Below are positions 51,207-60,854 of a stretch of 64,000 bases of DNA, piece after piece (the first letter of the stretch is position 1; each line of letters begins with the position of its first letter). Origin of the DNA: an uncultured Trueperaceae bacterium (GTDB lineage: Bacteria > Deinococcota > Deinococci > Deinococcales > Trueperaceae); assembly GCA_963727505.1 (NCBI GenBank), contig CAVSGP010000009.1:192001-256000 (forward strand), read 5' to 3'. The position numbers and the translations under genes are program-made. The notes under the pieces are model-generated. The model searched no databases, was not told the origin of the DNA, and was given only the letters and a program-made list of their open reading frames with translations.

Positions 51207-52244
51207 TCAGAAGCGGTCGATGATGCTGAGCCCCTGCTGGGCGAAGTCGCCCATGGCAGCCAGCTCGGCGCCGGCGTCGGTGAGTGCGATCCGCTTCCCG
51301 ATCAGACGTCCGACCTCGAGACGGCCGTGCGTCACGAAGGCGAGCAGATCCCGGTAGCGGCTGGCCGCCATGCCGTGGACGCCGGTCACCACCAGCTCGC
51401 GCTTGATGACCTCGAGCATCGGCATGGGCGGGAAGGCGTCCTCGGCCAGCAGCAGTCCGACCTGGACGTGTCGGCCCCGGCGGCGCAGGCTGCGCACCCC
51501 CTGGAAGGCCGTGGCGGGCGAGCCGACGGCATCGATCGACACGTGCGCGCCTCCGGCCGTCCACTCCCGCACGACCGACACCGGGTCGCCATCACGGGCG
51601 CTCACCAGGACGTCGGCTCCGAGCTCACGGGCCCGCGCCAAGCGCCCTTCGTCCAGATCGACGGCGATCACCCGTGCGCCGAGCGCAGCACCGATCATCA
51701 CGGCGGAGAGCCCGACGCCGCCGCAGCCGATGACCACCAGCGTCTCTCCGGCGGCGAGGTGCGCGGCGTCCACCAGCGCCGCGAACGATGTCATGAAGCG
51801 GCAGCCCAGACTGGCGGCCTCGTCGAAACCGAGGGCCTCGGGGAGGCGCACCACGTTGACGTCGGCGTGGGGAACGAACACGTACTCGGCGAAGGACCCG
51901 GGTCCGTCGAAGCCCGGCTGGTACTCGTGATGGCAGAGGTTCTGGTGGCCCGTCCGGCAGGCCTCGCAGCGACCGCACCCGCAGCAGAAGGGGGCGGTCA
52001 CGCGCTCGCCCGCGCGTACGCTCCTCACCTCGGGGCCGACCGCCACGACCTCGCCCGCGAACTCGTGGCCGGGCACGTGCGGCGGCGCGACCGAGGCGTC
52101 GTGCCCCATCCAGGCGTGCCAGTCGCTGCGGCACACGCCACTGGCATGGACGCGCACCACCGCACCGTCGGCGCCGGGCTCGGGATCGGCGTGGTCGACG
52201 ATAGGCAGGGGGCCCCGGTAGGCGTCGAACTGTGCTGCTCGCAT
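51207..52244 (-). CDS. Zinc-dependent alcohol dehydrogenase family protein
   Basis: GVCRSDWH, GHEFAG, CGCGRCEAC..C, GCGGVG. Confidence 0.92.
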   Translation of the reverse strand: MRAAQFDAYRGPLPIVDHADPEPGADGAVVRVHASGVCRSDWHAWMGHDASVAPPHVPGHEFAGEVVAVGPEVRSVRAGERVTAPFCCGCGRCEACRTGHQNLCHHEYQPGFDGPGSFAEYVFVPHADVNVVRLPEALGFDEAASLGCRFMTSFAALVDAAHLAAGETLVVIGCGGVGLSAVMIGAALGARVIAVDLDEGRLARARELGADVLVSARDGDPVSVVREWTAGGAHVSIDAVGSPATAFQGVRSLRRRGRHVQVGLLLAEDAFPPMPMLEVIKRELVVTGVHGMAASRYRDLLAFVTHGRLEVGRLIGKRIALTDAGAELAAMGDFAQQGLSIIDRF

Positions 52245-52389
52245 GACGTCTCCTCGTACCGGTGCCGGGCGCGAGGTGCGGCCCCGCGCAGCCGGGATCG
52301 GCACCAGCCTACCGTGCACAGGCCTCTCGCCCGTGCCGTCGCGCGCTGCGTGGCCGTGGGGCCGACATGGGCCTGGCGCCCGACATCGG

Positions 52390-53397
52390 TCAGTCCGCCG
52401 CGGCGTCCTGCCTCCCGCCCCCTAGATCGATGGTCGTCCCCACCCCATCGCGCTCGGCGCGTTGGAGCACGTGCCAGGCTGCGGCCACGTCTTCGATGGC
52501 CAGGCCGAGCGACTTGAAGAGTGTGATCTGCTGGCGTGAGGTGCGTCCCTGCGCCTCACCGTTCACGATCTCGCCCAGCTCTACGACGGCGTGATCTGCC
52601 GCCAGGCTGCCCTCCTGGAGCGGGATGCGGTAGTCCGCCGACTCGTGGAGCAACGACTCCCTCCGATCGGCGACGATGCGGGCCCCGGCCACCGCCGCGC
52701 TGTCGAGCTCGCGAGCATCGGGCTGCGAGGCGCCGACGGCATTGACGTGCGTGCCCGGTGACAGCCACGCGCCCTCGAGGACGGGATCCCGGGACGCCGT
52801 GACGGTGCACACCACGTCGGCGCCGACGACGGCGTCGCGCGCCGAGTGGCAGGTCGTGACGTCGAGCCCGTGCGCTTCCAGCGCCCAGTCCGCGAAGGCA
52901 GCGGCGTGGGAGGTGGAGCGGCTCCACACGCGGACCCGGGTGAAGGGCCGCACCAGGGCGAGCGCTTCGAGGTGCGTCCTGGCCTGCACCCCGCTACCGA
53001 GCAGGGCGAGTGTAGCCGCCTCCGGGCGCGCCAATCGGTCCGTGGCCACCGCCGATACGGCGGCGGTGCGGATGGCGGTGATGGAGGATGCGTCGAGTAC
53101 GCCGAGCAAGCGGCCGTCGGCGGCGTCGAACATCAGAACGGCTCCCTGGTGGGAGTCGCGGCCGCGGCCGTGGTTGTCGGGGAAGATGGTGATCACCTTT
53201 GCTCCGAACGCCGGCAGCGTCGCCGACAGCGCGGGCATCAAGGCGAAAGCGTCGTGCGTGTCAGGGAGGCGTAGCACGGTACGCAGCGGGAGTTCGACCT
53301 CGCCGCGCGACAGCGACGCCAGCGTCGACGCCATGAGCGGGATGCACGCGCTCATGGGGAGCAACTGCGTGACCTGGGATTGGGTGAGGACGCGCAT
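52390..53397 (-). CDS. Ornithine cyclodeaminase / mu-crystallin family protein
   Basis: ITAIRTAAVSAVA, LGSGVQA, HVNAVG, FKSLGLAIEDVAAA. Confidence 0.9.
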   Translation of the reverse strand: MRVLTQSQVTQLLPMSACIPLMASTLASLSRGEVELPLRTVLRLPDTHDAFALMPALSATLPAFGAKVITIFPDNHGRGRDSHQGAVLMFDAADGRLLGVLDASSITAIRTAAVSAVATDRLARPEAATLALLGSGVQARTHLEALALVRPFTRVRVWSRSTSHAAAFADWALEAHGLDVTTCHSARDAVVGADVVCTVTASRDPVLEGAWLSPGTHVNAVGASQPDARELDSAAVAGARIVADRRESLLHESADYRIPLQEGSLAADHAVVELGEIVNGEAQGRTSRQQITLFKSLGLAIEDVAAAWHVLQRAERDGVGTTIDLGGGRQDAAAD

Positions 53398-53623
53398 GGC
53401 CACCTCCGTAGCCGGTCGAACCGGTACCCGCGGGCGGGACCCGCCCGGATCTCGCCCGCGTGCGGGCACGGGCATACCCGTCCGGGCGCTTCGCGTTCCG
53501 AGGAACGGCCCCAGCCAATCACGGGCGGTCGCGGCCGGTCAAGCACCGGCGCGGTCCGATGCCTCGTGGAAGGGTCCGACCGACCGCGCCCTCGCCGGGC
53601 GCCCGCCGTATACTGTCGGCGCT

Positions 53624-55990
53624 GTGAAGGTCTCGGACGCCACCCTGCAGAAGCTCTCCTTCGACCGCGTGCGGGCGGCCCTGGCGGAGCGGGCGGCCAC
53701 CCGTCTCGGCGCCGAGCGCGCCGTGGCGGTGGCGCCCGATCTCGACGAGGGTGCGCTCGACGATGCGCTGACGCGTGTGGACGAGGTGGTGGCGGGCGGC
53801 GACCTGTCGCTCGGCGGGGTCGAGGACGTGCGGCCGCTGCTGGAGAGGGTGCGCGAGGGCGGCCTGCTCGACGGCCGCGAGATCCTCTCGGTGGCGTACA
53901 CGCTGGACGCGGCGTCCACGTTGCGCCGCGCCATCGTGAGCAGCGACCGTCCCGCGCTGGCGGCGCTTGCGGCCCGCATCGGCAGCTTCGACGGCGTGCT
54001 GCGGGTGGTGCGCGAGCAGCTCGACCCCGACGGAAACGTGCGCGACGACGCAACCCCCAAGCTGGCCGATGTGCGACGTCGCCTCAATCCCTTGCGGGGG
54101 CGCATCCGCGACCGCCTGACGCGTCTGCTCGAGACCCATGCCGCTAGCGTGCAGGAGCCGATCGTCACCTTGCGGCGCGATCGCTACGTCATCCCCATCC
54201 GGGCGAGCGCGCAGTCGAGCGTGCCCGGCATCGCGGTGGATCGGAGCGATTCCGGTGCCACCGTCTTCATCGAGCCGGCCTCGGTCGTACCCATGAACAA
54301 CGAGTTGGCGCTGTTGGAGATGGAGGAGCGGGACGAGGTCCGCCGCATCCTGCTGGTGCTGGGCCAGCGCCTGGCGACCGAACCGGCGGTGGACGAGACC
54401 CTCGAGGTCGTCGCGGAGCTCGATCTTGCCAACGCCAGCGCCCGCCTGGCCCGCGACTGGCGCCTGGCACGCCCTGACATCGACGAGTCCGGCGCCGTGG
54501 TCCTGGAGAGGGCCCGCCATCCCCTCATCGAGGGATGTGTGCCCAACGACCTCGAGCTGTCCTCCGAACACCGCTTGCTGGTCGTGACCGGGCCGAACGC
54601 CGGGGGCAAGACGGTTCTCCTCAAGACGCTCGGACTGGCAGCGGTGATGGCAGCGAGTGGGCTGTTCGTGGCGGCCGGAGTGCCTACCGACGGAACCCGC
54701 GAGGGGCGTCGTCCCTCGCCGCGGCTCCCACGCGTCGATGCGCTGCTGAGCGACATCGGGGACGAGCAGAGCATCGAGGCGAGCCTGAGCACCTACGCCG
54801 GCCACCTGCACAACCTCAAGGCCATCGTGGAGGGCGCCGACGAGCGCACGCTCGTGCTCATCGACGAGCTCGGCTCCGGCACCGATCCTGACGAGGGCGC
54901 CGCCCTCTCGCAGGCGATCCTGGAGGGCGTGCTGCAGCGGGGCGCGCGGGGCCTGGTCACGACCCACCTGGCCCCCCTCAAGGTGTTCGCGTCCGAGACC
55001 GAGGGGGTCCGCAACGCGGCGATGCGGTTCGACGTGGACGCGCTGCAACCGACCTACGAGTTGGTGGTGGGCCAGCCGGGGCGGTCGTACGCGCTGTCGA
55101 TCGCCGGGCGCCTGGGTCTGGGAGAGCCGCTGCTGGCCCGCGCATCGGAGTTGCTCGGCCCCTCGGGGGAACGGCTCGAGGCGCTGCTGGAGACCCTGGA
55201 GGGGCAGAGGGCCGAGTTGCAGCAGGAGCTCGACGAAGCGCGCGCTGCAGGCGAGCACGCACGGCGCGAGGCCGAAGTGCTACGCGGCGAGATCGATCGA
55301 CTTCGGGAACGCGAGGAGGCGCTCCTGGCGCAAGCCGCCGAGAAGGCCGACAACCTCCTGCAGGACACCCTGCAGCAGGCGGCCCGGCTCAAGCGCACCG
55401 CCACGACCGACCCAGACCAGCGCTCGCGCGCCCTGGAGGAGATCCAGCAGCTCCGGCGCGAGGCCCGCACCCGTGCCGAGCCCCGAGCGCCGAAGATGGC
55501 GCCCGAGGGATTGAGGCCTGGAGCGCAGGTGCGGGTGGCGTCGTACAACGCCGAGGGCCCGATCCTGGAGGATCGCGGCGACACCGTGCTGGTCCAGCTC
55601 GGTCTGTTGAAGGTCGAGGTGCCGCGTCGCGACGTGACGCCGGCCGCGCCGGTCAGGCCCGCTGGGGACGACGGCGCAAGGGCGGGACGGACAGTCGCGC
55701 CTGCGGGGGTGTCGGGCGGCGTGGCTGGCCCTGCGGGCGGGCACTTCGACACGGAACTGAACATCCGCGGTGAGCGCGTGGAGGCGGGACTGGAGAAGGT
55801 GCGCGACTTCGTCACCGAGGCGCACGCCATGAAGGTAGGAGCGGTGAGGATCCTGCATGGAAAGGGCACGGGCGCCCTCCGCGACGCCGTTCGGAGCTAC
55901 CTGAAGGGGGACAAGCGCGTCGAGCGCTTCGAGGACGCGGTGCCCTACGAGGGCGGCCATGGCGTCACGGTGGCGTACCTGCGCGTGTAG
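53624..55990 (+). CDS. mutS2: Endonuclease MutS2
   Basis: VTGPNAGGKTV, DIGDEQSIEASLSTY, DELGSGTDP, C-terminal Smr ILHGKGTGALR; TATACT upstream. Confidence 0.95.
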   Translation: MKVSDATLQKLSFDRVRAALAERAATRLGAERAVAVAPDLDEGALDDALTRVDEVVAGGDLSLGGVEDVRPLLERVREGGLLDGREILSVAYTLDAASTLRRAIVSSDRPALAALAARIGSFDGVLRVVREQLDPDGNVRDDATPKLADVRRRLNPLRGRIRDRLTRLLETHAASVQEPIVTLRRDRYVIPIRASAQSSVPGIAVDRSDSGATVFIEPASVVPMNNELALLEMEERDEVRRILLVLGQRLATEPAVDETLEVVAELDLANASARLARDWRLARPDIDESGAVVLERARHPLIEGCVPNDLELSSEHRLLVVTGPNAGGKTVLLKTLGLAAVMAASGLFVAAGVPTDGTREGRRPSPRLPRVDALLSDIGDEQSIEASLSTYAGHLHNLKAIVEGADERTLVLIDELGSGTDPDEGAALSQAILEGVLQRGARGLVTTHLAPLKVFASETEGVRNAAMRFDVDALQPTYELVVGQPGRSYALSIAGRLGLGEPLLARASELLGPSGERLEALLETLEGQRAELQQELDEARAAGEHARREAEVLRGEIDRLREREEALLAQAAEKADNLLQDTLQQAARLKRTATTDPDQRSRALEEIQQLRREARTRAEPRAPKMAPEGLRPGAQVRVASYNAEGPILEDRGDTVLVQLGLLKVEVPRRDVTPAAPVRPAGDDGARAGRTVAPAGVSGGVAGPAGGHFDTELNIRGERVEAGLEKVRDFVTEAHAMKVGAVRILHGKGTGALRDAVRSYLKGDKRVERFEDAVPYEGGHGVTVAYLRV

Positions 55991-56025
55991 CGGAGCGGCG
56001 CGCGGGGCGTGCCATACTGTCGGCC

Positions 56026-56649
56026 ATGCGTCCCGTGATCGTCTTCGACCTGGACGGCACCCTGGTCGATTCCCTGCCCGACATCCTGAGCAGCTTCTTG
56101 CGCGCGTTCGAGCACGAAGGGTTACCGGCCCCGGACGAGGATGCGGCACGCAGGACGCTCGGGCAGCCGCTAGAAACCATGTACGCCGCCTTCGCCCCGG
56201 CCGGCCGGGTGGACGCCCTGTGCCGCAGCTACCGCGTCCACTACACCGAGCACCTGGCCGACCGCAGTCGGCCGTTCCCCGGCGTGCCGGAACTGCTGGC
56301 CCTCGTGCGCGAGCGTGGCTACCTGCGCACGGTGGCGAGCACCAAGCGAACCCTGACGGCTCGGCGCCTGGTGGAGGCGACGGGGCTAGGACCGCTTCTC
56401 GACCATGTCGAGGGCACCGACGCCGCGCCCTACAAGCCTGCGCCCGACGTCGTGCTCCGGTCGGTGGCGGCGGTCGGGGGGCGCGGCGTCTGGATGGTGG
56501 GGGACACGGCCGGGGACATCCTTGCGGGACGGTCCGCCGGACTGAAGACCTACGCGGTCACGTGGGGTTCGCAGGAGGCCGACGAGCTGGCCACGGCTGG
56601 GCCGGACCGCCTGGAGCCCGACCTGACGGCGCTGGCTTCGCTCCTGTGA
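56026..56649 (+). CDS. HAD-family phosphatase (Gph-like)
   Basis: FDLDGTLVDS, KPAPD, MVGDT..DI. Confidence 0.9.
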   Translation: MRPVIVFDLDGTLVDSLPDILSSFLRAFEHEGLPAPDEDAARRTLGQPLETMYAAFAPAGRVDALCRSYRVHYTEHLADRSRPFPGVPELLALVRERGYLRTVASTKRTLTARRLVEATGLGPLLDHVEGTDAAPYKPAPDVVLRSVAAVGGRGVWMVGDTAGDILAGRSAGLKTYAVTWGSQEADELATAGPDRLEPDLTALASLL

Positions 56650-56707
56650 GCGGGGCCGTGCGCTTCCGCTTCACACGGGCTGCGGGTGGGGCTCGGTAGC
56701 ATGTGCC

Positions 56708-57394
56708 ATGGACAATCTGGAGAAGCAATACGTCATCGATTCCCTCGCGGAGGACTCGTGGCGGATGTTCCGGATCATGGGCGAGTTCGTCCAGGGATTC
56801 GAAGAGATGGCCGACGTCGGCAAGGCCGTGACGATCTTCGGCTCGGCGCGCATGGACGAGACCACCGAGACCTACGGGAAGGCGCGCGAGCTCGCGGCCG
56901 ACCTGGCCCGTTCGGGGTACGCCATCATCACGGGCGGCGGGCCGGGCATCATGGAGGCGGGGAACCAGGGTGCCATCGAGGTCGAGGGGCGCAGCATCGG
57001 GCTCAACGTCGACCTTCCTCACGAGCAGGCGCCTAACGCATTCCAGACCGACAGCCTCAAGTTCAAGTACTTCTTCGTGCGCAAGGTCATGCTGGTGAAG
57101 TACTCGACCGCCTTCGTCGTGTTCCCGGGGGGCTTCGGCACCATCGATGAGCTGTTCGAGGCCCTCACGCTCATCCAGACGCGCAAGATCAAGCCGTTCC
57201 CCGTCTACCTCATCGGGGTGGAGTACTGGCGCGGGTTGCTGCAGTGGCTCCAGGGGACGCTGCTGCGCATCGGCACCATCGGGGAGGGCGATCTCCACCT
57301 GTTCAAGGTCGTCGACGACGTCAGCACGATCGCCGACGAGATCGACGACTACTACCGCAGCGAGCATCACGGGGGCTTCAATCTGCCCTGGTGA
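56708..57394 (+). CDS. LOG family (TIGR00730) nucleotide phosphoribohydrolase-like protein
   Basis: VTIFGSAR, TGGGPGIMEA, YFFVRKVM, PGGFGTIDELFE. Confidence 0.92.
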   Translation: MDNLEKQYVIDSLAEDSWRMFRIMGEFVQGFEEMADVGKAVTIFGSARMDETTETYGKARELAADLARSGYAIITGGGPGIMEAGNQGAIEVEGRSIGLNVDLPHEQAPNAFQTDSLKFKYFFVRKVMLVKYSTAFVVFPGGFGTIDELFEALTLIQTRKIKPFPVYLIGVEYWRGLLQWLQGTLLRIGTIGEGDLHLFKVVDDVSTIADEIDDYYRSEHHGGFNLPW

Positions 57395-57450
57395 CGACGC
57401 TCCGGCGCATGTGCGGCGTCAGGAATGGTGTCTGGTGGACCATCAGGAGA

Positions 57451-57481
57451 CTTGACAATAGGACGCTCAAGTTTCTATACT
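57451..57481 (+). promoter_or_regulatory. hsp20 sigma70 promoter overlapped by a HAIR-like (HspR) operator
   Basis: TTGACA-18-TATACT; CTTGACA-N7-GCTCAAG versus HAIR CTTGAGT-N7-ACTCAAG. Confidence 0.8.
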
Positions 57482-57555
57482 TTGAGACGTAGGGGCGTGT
57501 CCGGATCGCTCCGGCGTCGTCCTGTCCGAGATCTACATTGCAAGGAGGAGACACC

Positions 57556-57993
57556 ATGGCACTGGTTCGCAATACGCGTACCCTTCCCGTGCGGCGCTAT
57601 GCGCTCGATCCCTTCGAGGAATTCGACCGGATGCTGGGCGAGTTCACGGCCCCGTTGCAGAACCGCAGCGAATGGATGGGCTACCCCATCGACCTCTACG
57701 AGACCGATAGCGACCTGGTCCTGGAGATGGCGGTGCCCGGCGTCAAGACCGAAGACCTCGACATCAGCATCGAGGGCCGGCAGTTGAGCGTCCGCGGACG
57801 CCTGCCCGAGTCCGACGAGGACAACCGCCGCTACTGGCTGCAGAGCATCCCGCGGGGTGACGTCAGCCGCACGGTGAAGCTGCCCGCGGCGGTCGAGGTG
57901 GACAAGATCCAGGCGCACGTGCTCGACGGCATGCTCACGCTGACGATGCCCAAGCTCGCTGAGGCCAAGGTCCACAAGATCGCCATCCGGTAG
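57556..57993 (+). CDS. Small heat-shock protein Hsp20
   Basis: PIDLYET, AVPGV, LDISIEG, DGMLTLTMPK; RBS AAGGAGG. Confidence 0.93.
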   Translation: MALVRNTRTLPVRRYALDPFEEFDRMLGEFTAPLQNRSEWMGYPIDLYETDSDLVLEMAVPGVKTEDLDISIEGRQLSVRGRLPESDEDNRRYWLQSIPRGDVSRTVKLPAAVEVDKIQAHVLDGMLTLTMPKLAEAKVHKIAIR

Positions 57994-58031
57994 AGGTTCG
58001 CGGGCCGATCCGCGCGCCCCATCGGCGAGTT

Positions 58032-58067
58032 CGACGAGGCGCCCCGGAGACACGGGGCGCCTCGTCG
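58032..58067. terminator. Hairpin after hsp20
   Basis: cgacgaggcgccccg-gagaca-cggggcgcctcgtcg. Confidence 0.7.
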
Positions 58068-58146
58068 CGTGGGGCGGCGGCGCGGCCGAGAGCGCGTTCT
58101 TGCGGGCGCGACCTCGTGGGCGATGCCGGAGGTATGGTGTGCATCC

Positions 58147-59523
58147 ATGGCGTCGTGGCGACAGGAGTTCCGCGAGCTGACCCTGCTCGCTGCGCCGCTG
58201 GTCCTGGCGCAACTCGCGCAGAACGGCATGAGCGTGGTCGATACGCTCATGGTGGGCAGGCTGGGGCCGCGTCAGCTGGCCGGCATCGCGCTCGGCGGCG
58301 CCACCTTCACCTTCGTGTTCATCTTGTGCATGGGCGTCCTGTTCGCGGTCGGGCCGATGGTGGCGCAGGCGTATGGCGCCAGGCGCCCGGAGGAGGCCGC
58401 GCGGGCCGTGCGGCAAGGGCTCTGGATGGCGCTGGCATTGTCGGCGGTCGGCGTGGTGGTCTTCCTGCGTGCCGGGCCGCTGCTGGTCCTGGCAGGACAG
58501 GACGCCGTTACGGCCGGCACCAGCGCAGCCTACTTGCGGGCGATGGCGTGGGGCTTCCCGTTCGCGCTTGGTTTCACCTCCCTGCGCGGCTTCCTGGAGG
58601 GGCACGGGGACACCCGCCCCATCCTGGTGGTCGCCGCCATCGGGGTGGGGCTCAACGTGGTTGCCAACGACGTCCTGATGTTCGGTCGGCTGGGGTTCCC
58701 CGCGCTGGGCCTGGTCGGTACGGGTTATGCCACCTCGGTGGTGTACGCGGTGATGACCCTCGTCATCGCCGTGTACATCCGGGGACGTTACCGACCCTAC
58801 CGGGTCTTCGTGGGGATGCGGCACCCCGATCTCGCCACCATGCGGGAACTGGTGCGTGTCGGCTGGCCCATCAGCCTCACGCTCGGCTTCGAAGTCGGCC
58901 TGTTCTGGCTCACGGCCCTGCTCATGGGCCGCTTCGGTGAGGCGGCTCTCGCCGGCCACCAGATCGCGCTGCAGAGCGCTTCGACCACCTTCATGGTGCC
59001 GCTCGGGATCAGCATCGCCGCCGGGGTCCGCGTCGGGCAGGCGGCGGGCCGCGGCGAAGCGAACGGCATCGTTCGTGGCGGCCTGAGCGGCATGGCCCTG
59101 AGCGCACTGTTCATGGCGTGTGCAGCTGCGCTCTTCTGGGGCGCGCCCGACGCCGTGATCGGGCTGTACATGCCGGTGGCGGCGCCGGCCAATGCCGACG
59201 TGGTGGCCTTCGCGCGTCACTTCCTGGCGATCGCGGCGATCTTCCAGGTGTTCGACGGCGTCCAGGTCGCCGCGTCGGGAGCCTTGCGAGGCCTGAAGGA
59301 CACGCGCGTCCCCATGCTGTTGACGGCGGTCGCGTACTGGCTGGTGGGGGTGCCGGTCGGGGTGGGACTGGCGTTCGGAGCGGGTGTGGGCTCCTCGGGC
59401 CTGTGGTACGGCCTGGTCGCCGGTCTGGCCACGGCCGCTGTGTTGCTGGCGACGCGCTTCGCCCGTCTGCTGCGGCGACGTTACGGCACGACGTTGCCGG
59501 CGGGAGGCGCGGACCTGCGGTAG
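58147..59523 (+). CDS. MATE-family efflux transporter (NorM-like)
   Basis: VDTLMVGRLG, AGHQIALQ..FMVPLG, FQVFDGVQ..GALRGLKDT. Confidence 0.92.
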   Translation: MASWRQEFRELTLLAAPLVLAQLAQNGMSVVDTLMVGRLGPRQLAGIALGGATFTFVFILCMGVLFAVGPMVAQAYGARRPEEAARAVRQGLWMALALSAVGVVVFLRAGPLLVLAGQDAVTAGTSAAYLRAMAWGFPFALGFTSLRGFLEGHGDTRPILVVAAIGVGLNVVANDVLMFGRLGFPALGLVGTGYATSVVYAVMTLVIAVYIRGRYRPYRVFVGMRHPDLATMRELVRVGWPISLTLGFEVGLFWLTALLMGRFGEAALAGHQIALQSASTTFMVPLGISIAAGVRVGQAAGRGEANGIVRGGLSGMALSALFMACAAALFWGAPDAVIGLYMPVAAPANADVVAFARHFLAIAAIFQVFDGVQVAASGALRGLKDTRVPMLLTAVAYWLVGVPVGVGLAFGAGVGSSGLWYGLVAGLATAAVLLATRFARLLRRRYGTTLPAGGADLR

Positions 59524-59584
59524 AGTGAGCCTTCCACCGCGTCGGGAGCCGCTTCTCGCCGCCCCGAAGAGCGGAACTCTGAGC

Positions 59585-60055
59585 ATGCGTCTACCTGGAA
59601 TCGAACGCTACCTGCGGGACCCTCGGCTTCCGCGACCCCACGCCGCCGCCGTGCTGCGTGGCGTGTTCGCCGCGATGTTCCTGGGGCAGATGGTGGTGGC
59701 GCTGGTGCTGGCGGTGGTGGTGCGGCTCGTCAGCGACCTTCACACCAGTCCGAGCCCGCTGCTCGGCTGGGTGCTGGTGCTGCTCTCGATGCTCGAGCTT
59801 CCCCTGGGCGTCGTGCTTGCCGGCATCGCGGGCCGCGGCGACGACCGGCGGCGGGCGCTGTCGGCCGCCCTGCTCGGCGCGGTGATCCTGTCCACACCGG
59901 CATGGTTCGCGGCGCTGGCGCTGGCCACCGGTCAGCGCGGTGCACCGGTCTTCGTCCTGTGGGGCTTGCTGGCGCTGTACTACGGCTTCGGCGTGGCAGG
60001 AGCCGGCCGGCTGGCCGCGCGCGCCGTCGGAGCACCGCCCGCATCGCGGGTCTGA
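59585..60055 (+). CDS. Hypothetical membrane protein
   Basis: ~4 hydrophobic segments. Confidence 0.6.
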   Translation: MRLPGIERYLRDPRLPRPHAAAVLRGVFAAMFLGQMVVALVLAVVVRLVSDLHTSPSPLLGWVLVLLSMLELPLGVVLAGIAGRGDDRRRALSAALLGAVILSTPAWFAALALATGQRGAPVFVLWGLLALYYGFGVAGAGRLAARAVGAPPASRV

Positions 60056-60085
60056 GCTGCAGGCGCGGGAATCGCGCTCGCTCGC

Positions 60086-60577
60086 CTACCCGTCGCCGGA
60101 AGCGCTCTCGCGCTCGCTCTGATCGAACCACTCCCGCCAGTCCCAGGAACTCTTGAGGACCTCCGCGAGTTGGAAGGTCTCGGTGCTCGTGATGTCGGGA
60201 CAGCGGCGGGGGAGCTCGTCGGACACGAACGTGTGCAATCCCTTGACGCTGCTGTGCAGGGTCTGGATGACGATGTCCGCCTGCCCGAAGGACGTTCCCA
60301 CGAAGCGCACATAGGGGAGCTTGGCGAGATCGGCCGCGGTCCGCATGACGGTTCCAGGGCGAACGCGAACCAGGATGATGGCGGCGGCCTCGACCCCGAG
60401 CTGCAGTGGATCGCCAACAGCGGTGATGTGGATGAGCCGGCGTTCCTGGAGTCGGGTGACGCGCGAGCGAACGGTGCTCTCGGCCACAGCCAGGTCCCGG
60501 GCGATGTCTCGGAACGGCCGGCGCCCGTCGTCCTCCAGGGCGACGATGATCGCCTTGTCCAGCTTGTCGAGATGCAT
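60086..60577 (-). CDS. Lrp/AsnC-family regulator
   Basis: LDKLDKAII..LEDDGRRPFRDIARDL.VAESTVRSRVTRL. Confidence 0.92.
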   Translation of the reverse strand: MHLDKLDKAIIVALEDDGRRPFRDIARDLAVAESTVRSRVTRLQERRLIHITAVGDPLQLGVEAAAIILVRVRPGTVMRTAADLAKLPYVRFVGTSFGQADIVIQTLHSSVKGLHTFVSDELPRRCPDITSTETFQLAEVLKSSWDWREWFDQSERESASGDG

Positions 60578-60642
60578 GCGGCCTCCCTGCGCGGCGCTGC
60601 CTGCCTTTGGCAACGCATTCAGCATAACGATGCCCGTCCCGG

Positions 60643-60671
60643 TTGACAATGCGTAATAATCTAGCTTTACT
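60643..60671 (+). promoter_or_regulatory. Promoter of the peptide ABC operon in an AT-rich patch (likely Lrp-controlled)
   Basis: TTGACA-17-TTTACT in an AT-rich divergent spacer. Confidence 0.55.
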
Positions 60672-60854
60672 TGTATCACCATGCGCAATTGAGCCCCGGC
60701 GTTCTCGCGGCGGGCCTCGTGGTGCGAGGCATGGTCGCCTAGGAGCATGCAGGAGGGAGGCCCGTACGCCCTGAGCGGTAGCGAGGTGTGAAGAGGACAC
60801 ACGTTCGAAGGGCTGCGCAGAGCGCGGCCAGGGAACCAGGACAAGGAGAGAGTC

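Noticed and set aside
52676..53623. N-terminal extension of MutS2 (1104 aa); similar extensions on pta, AKR, the Met gamma-lyase and the Lrp regulator
   Set aside because: Extensions are antisense to or overlap neighbouring genes; homology or promoter/RBS position points to downstream starts
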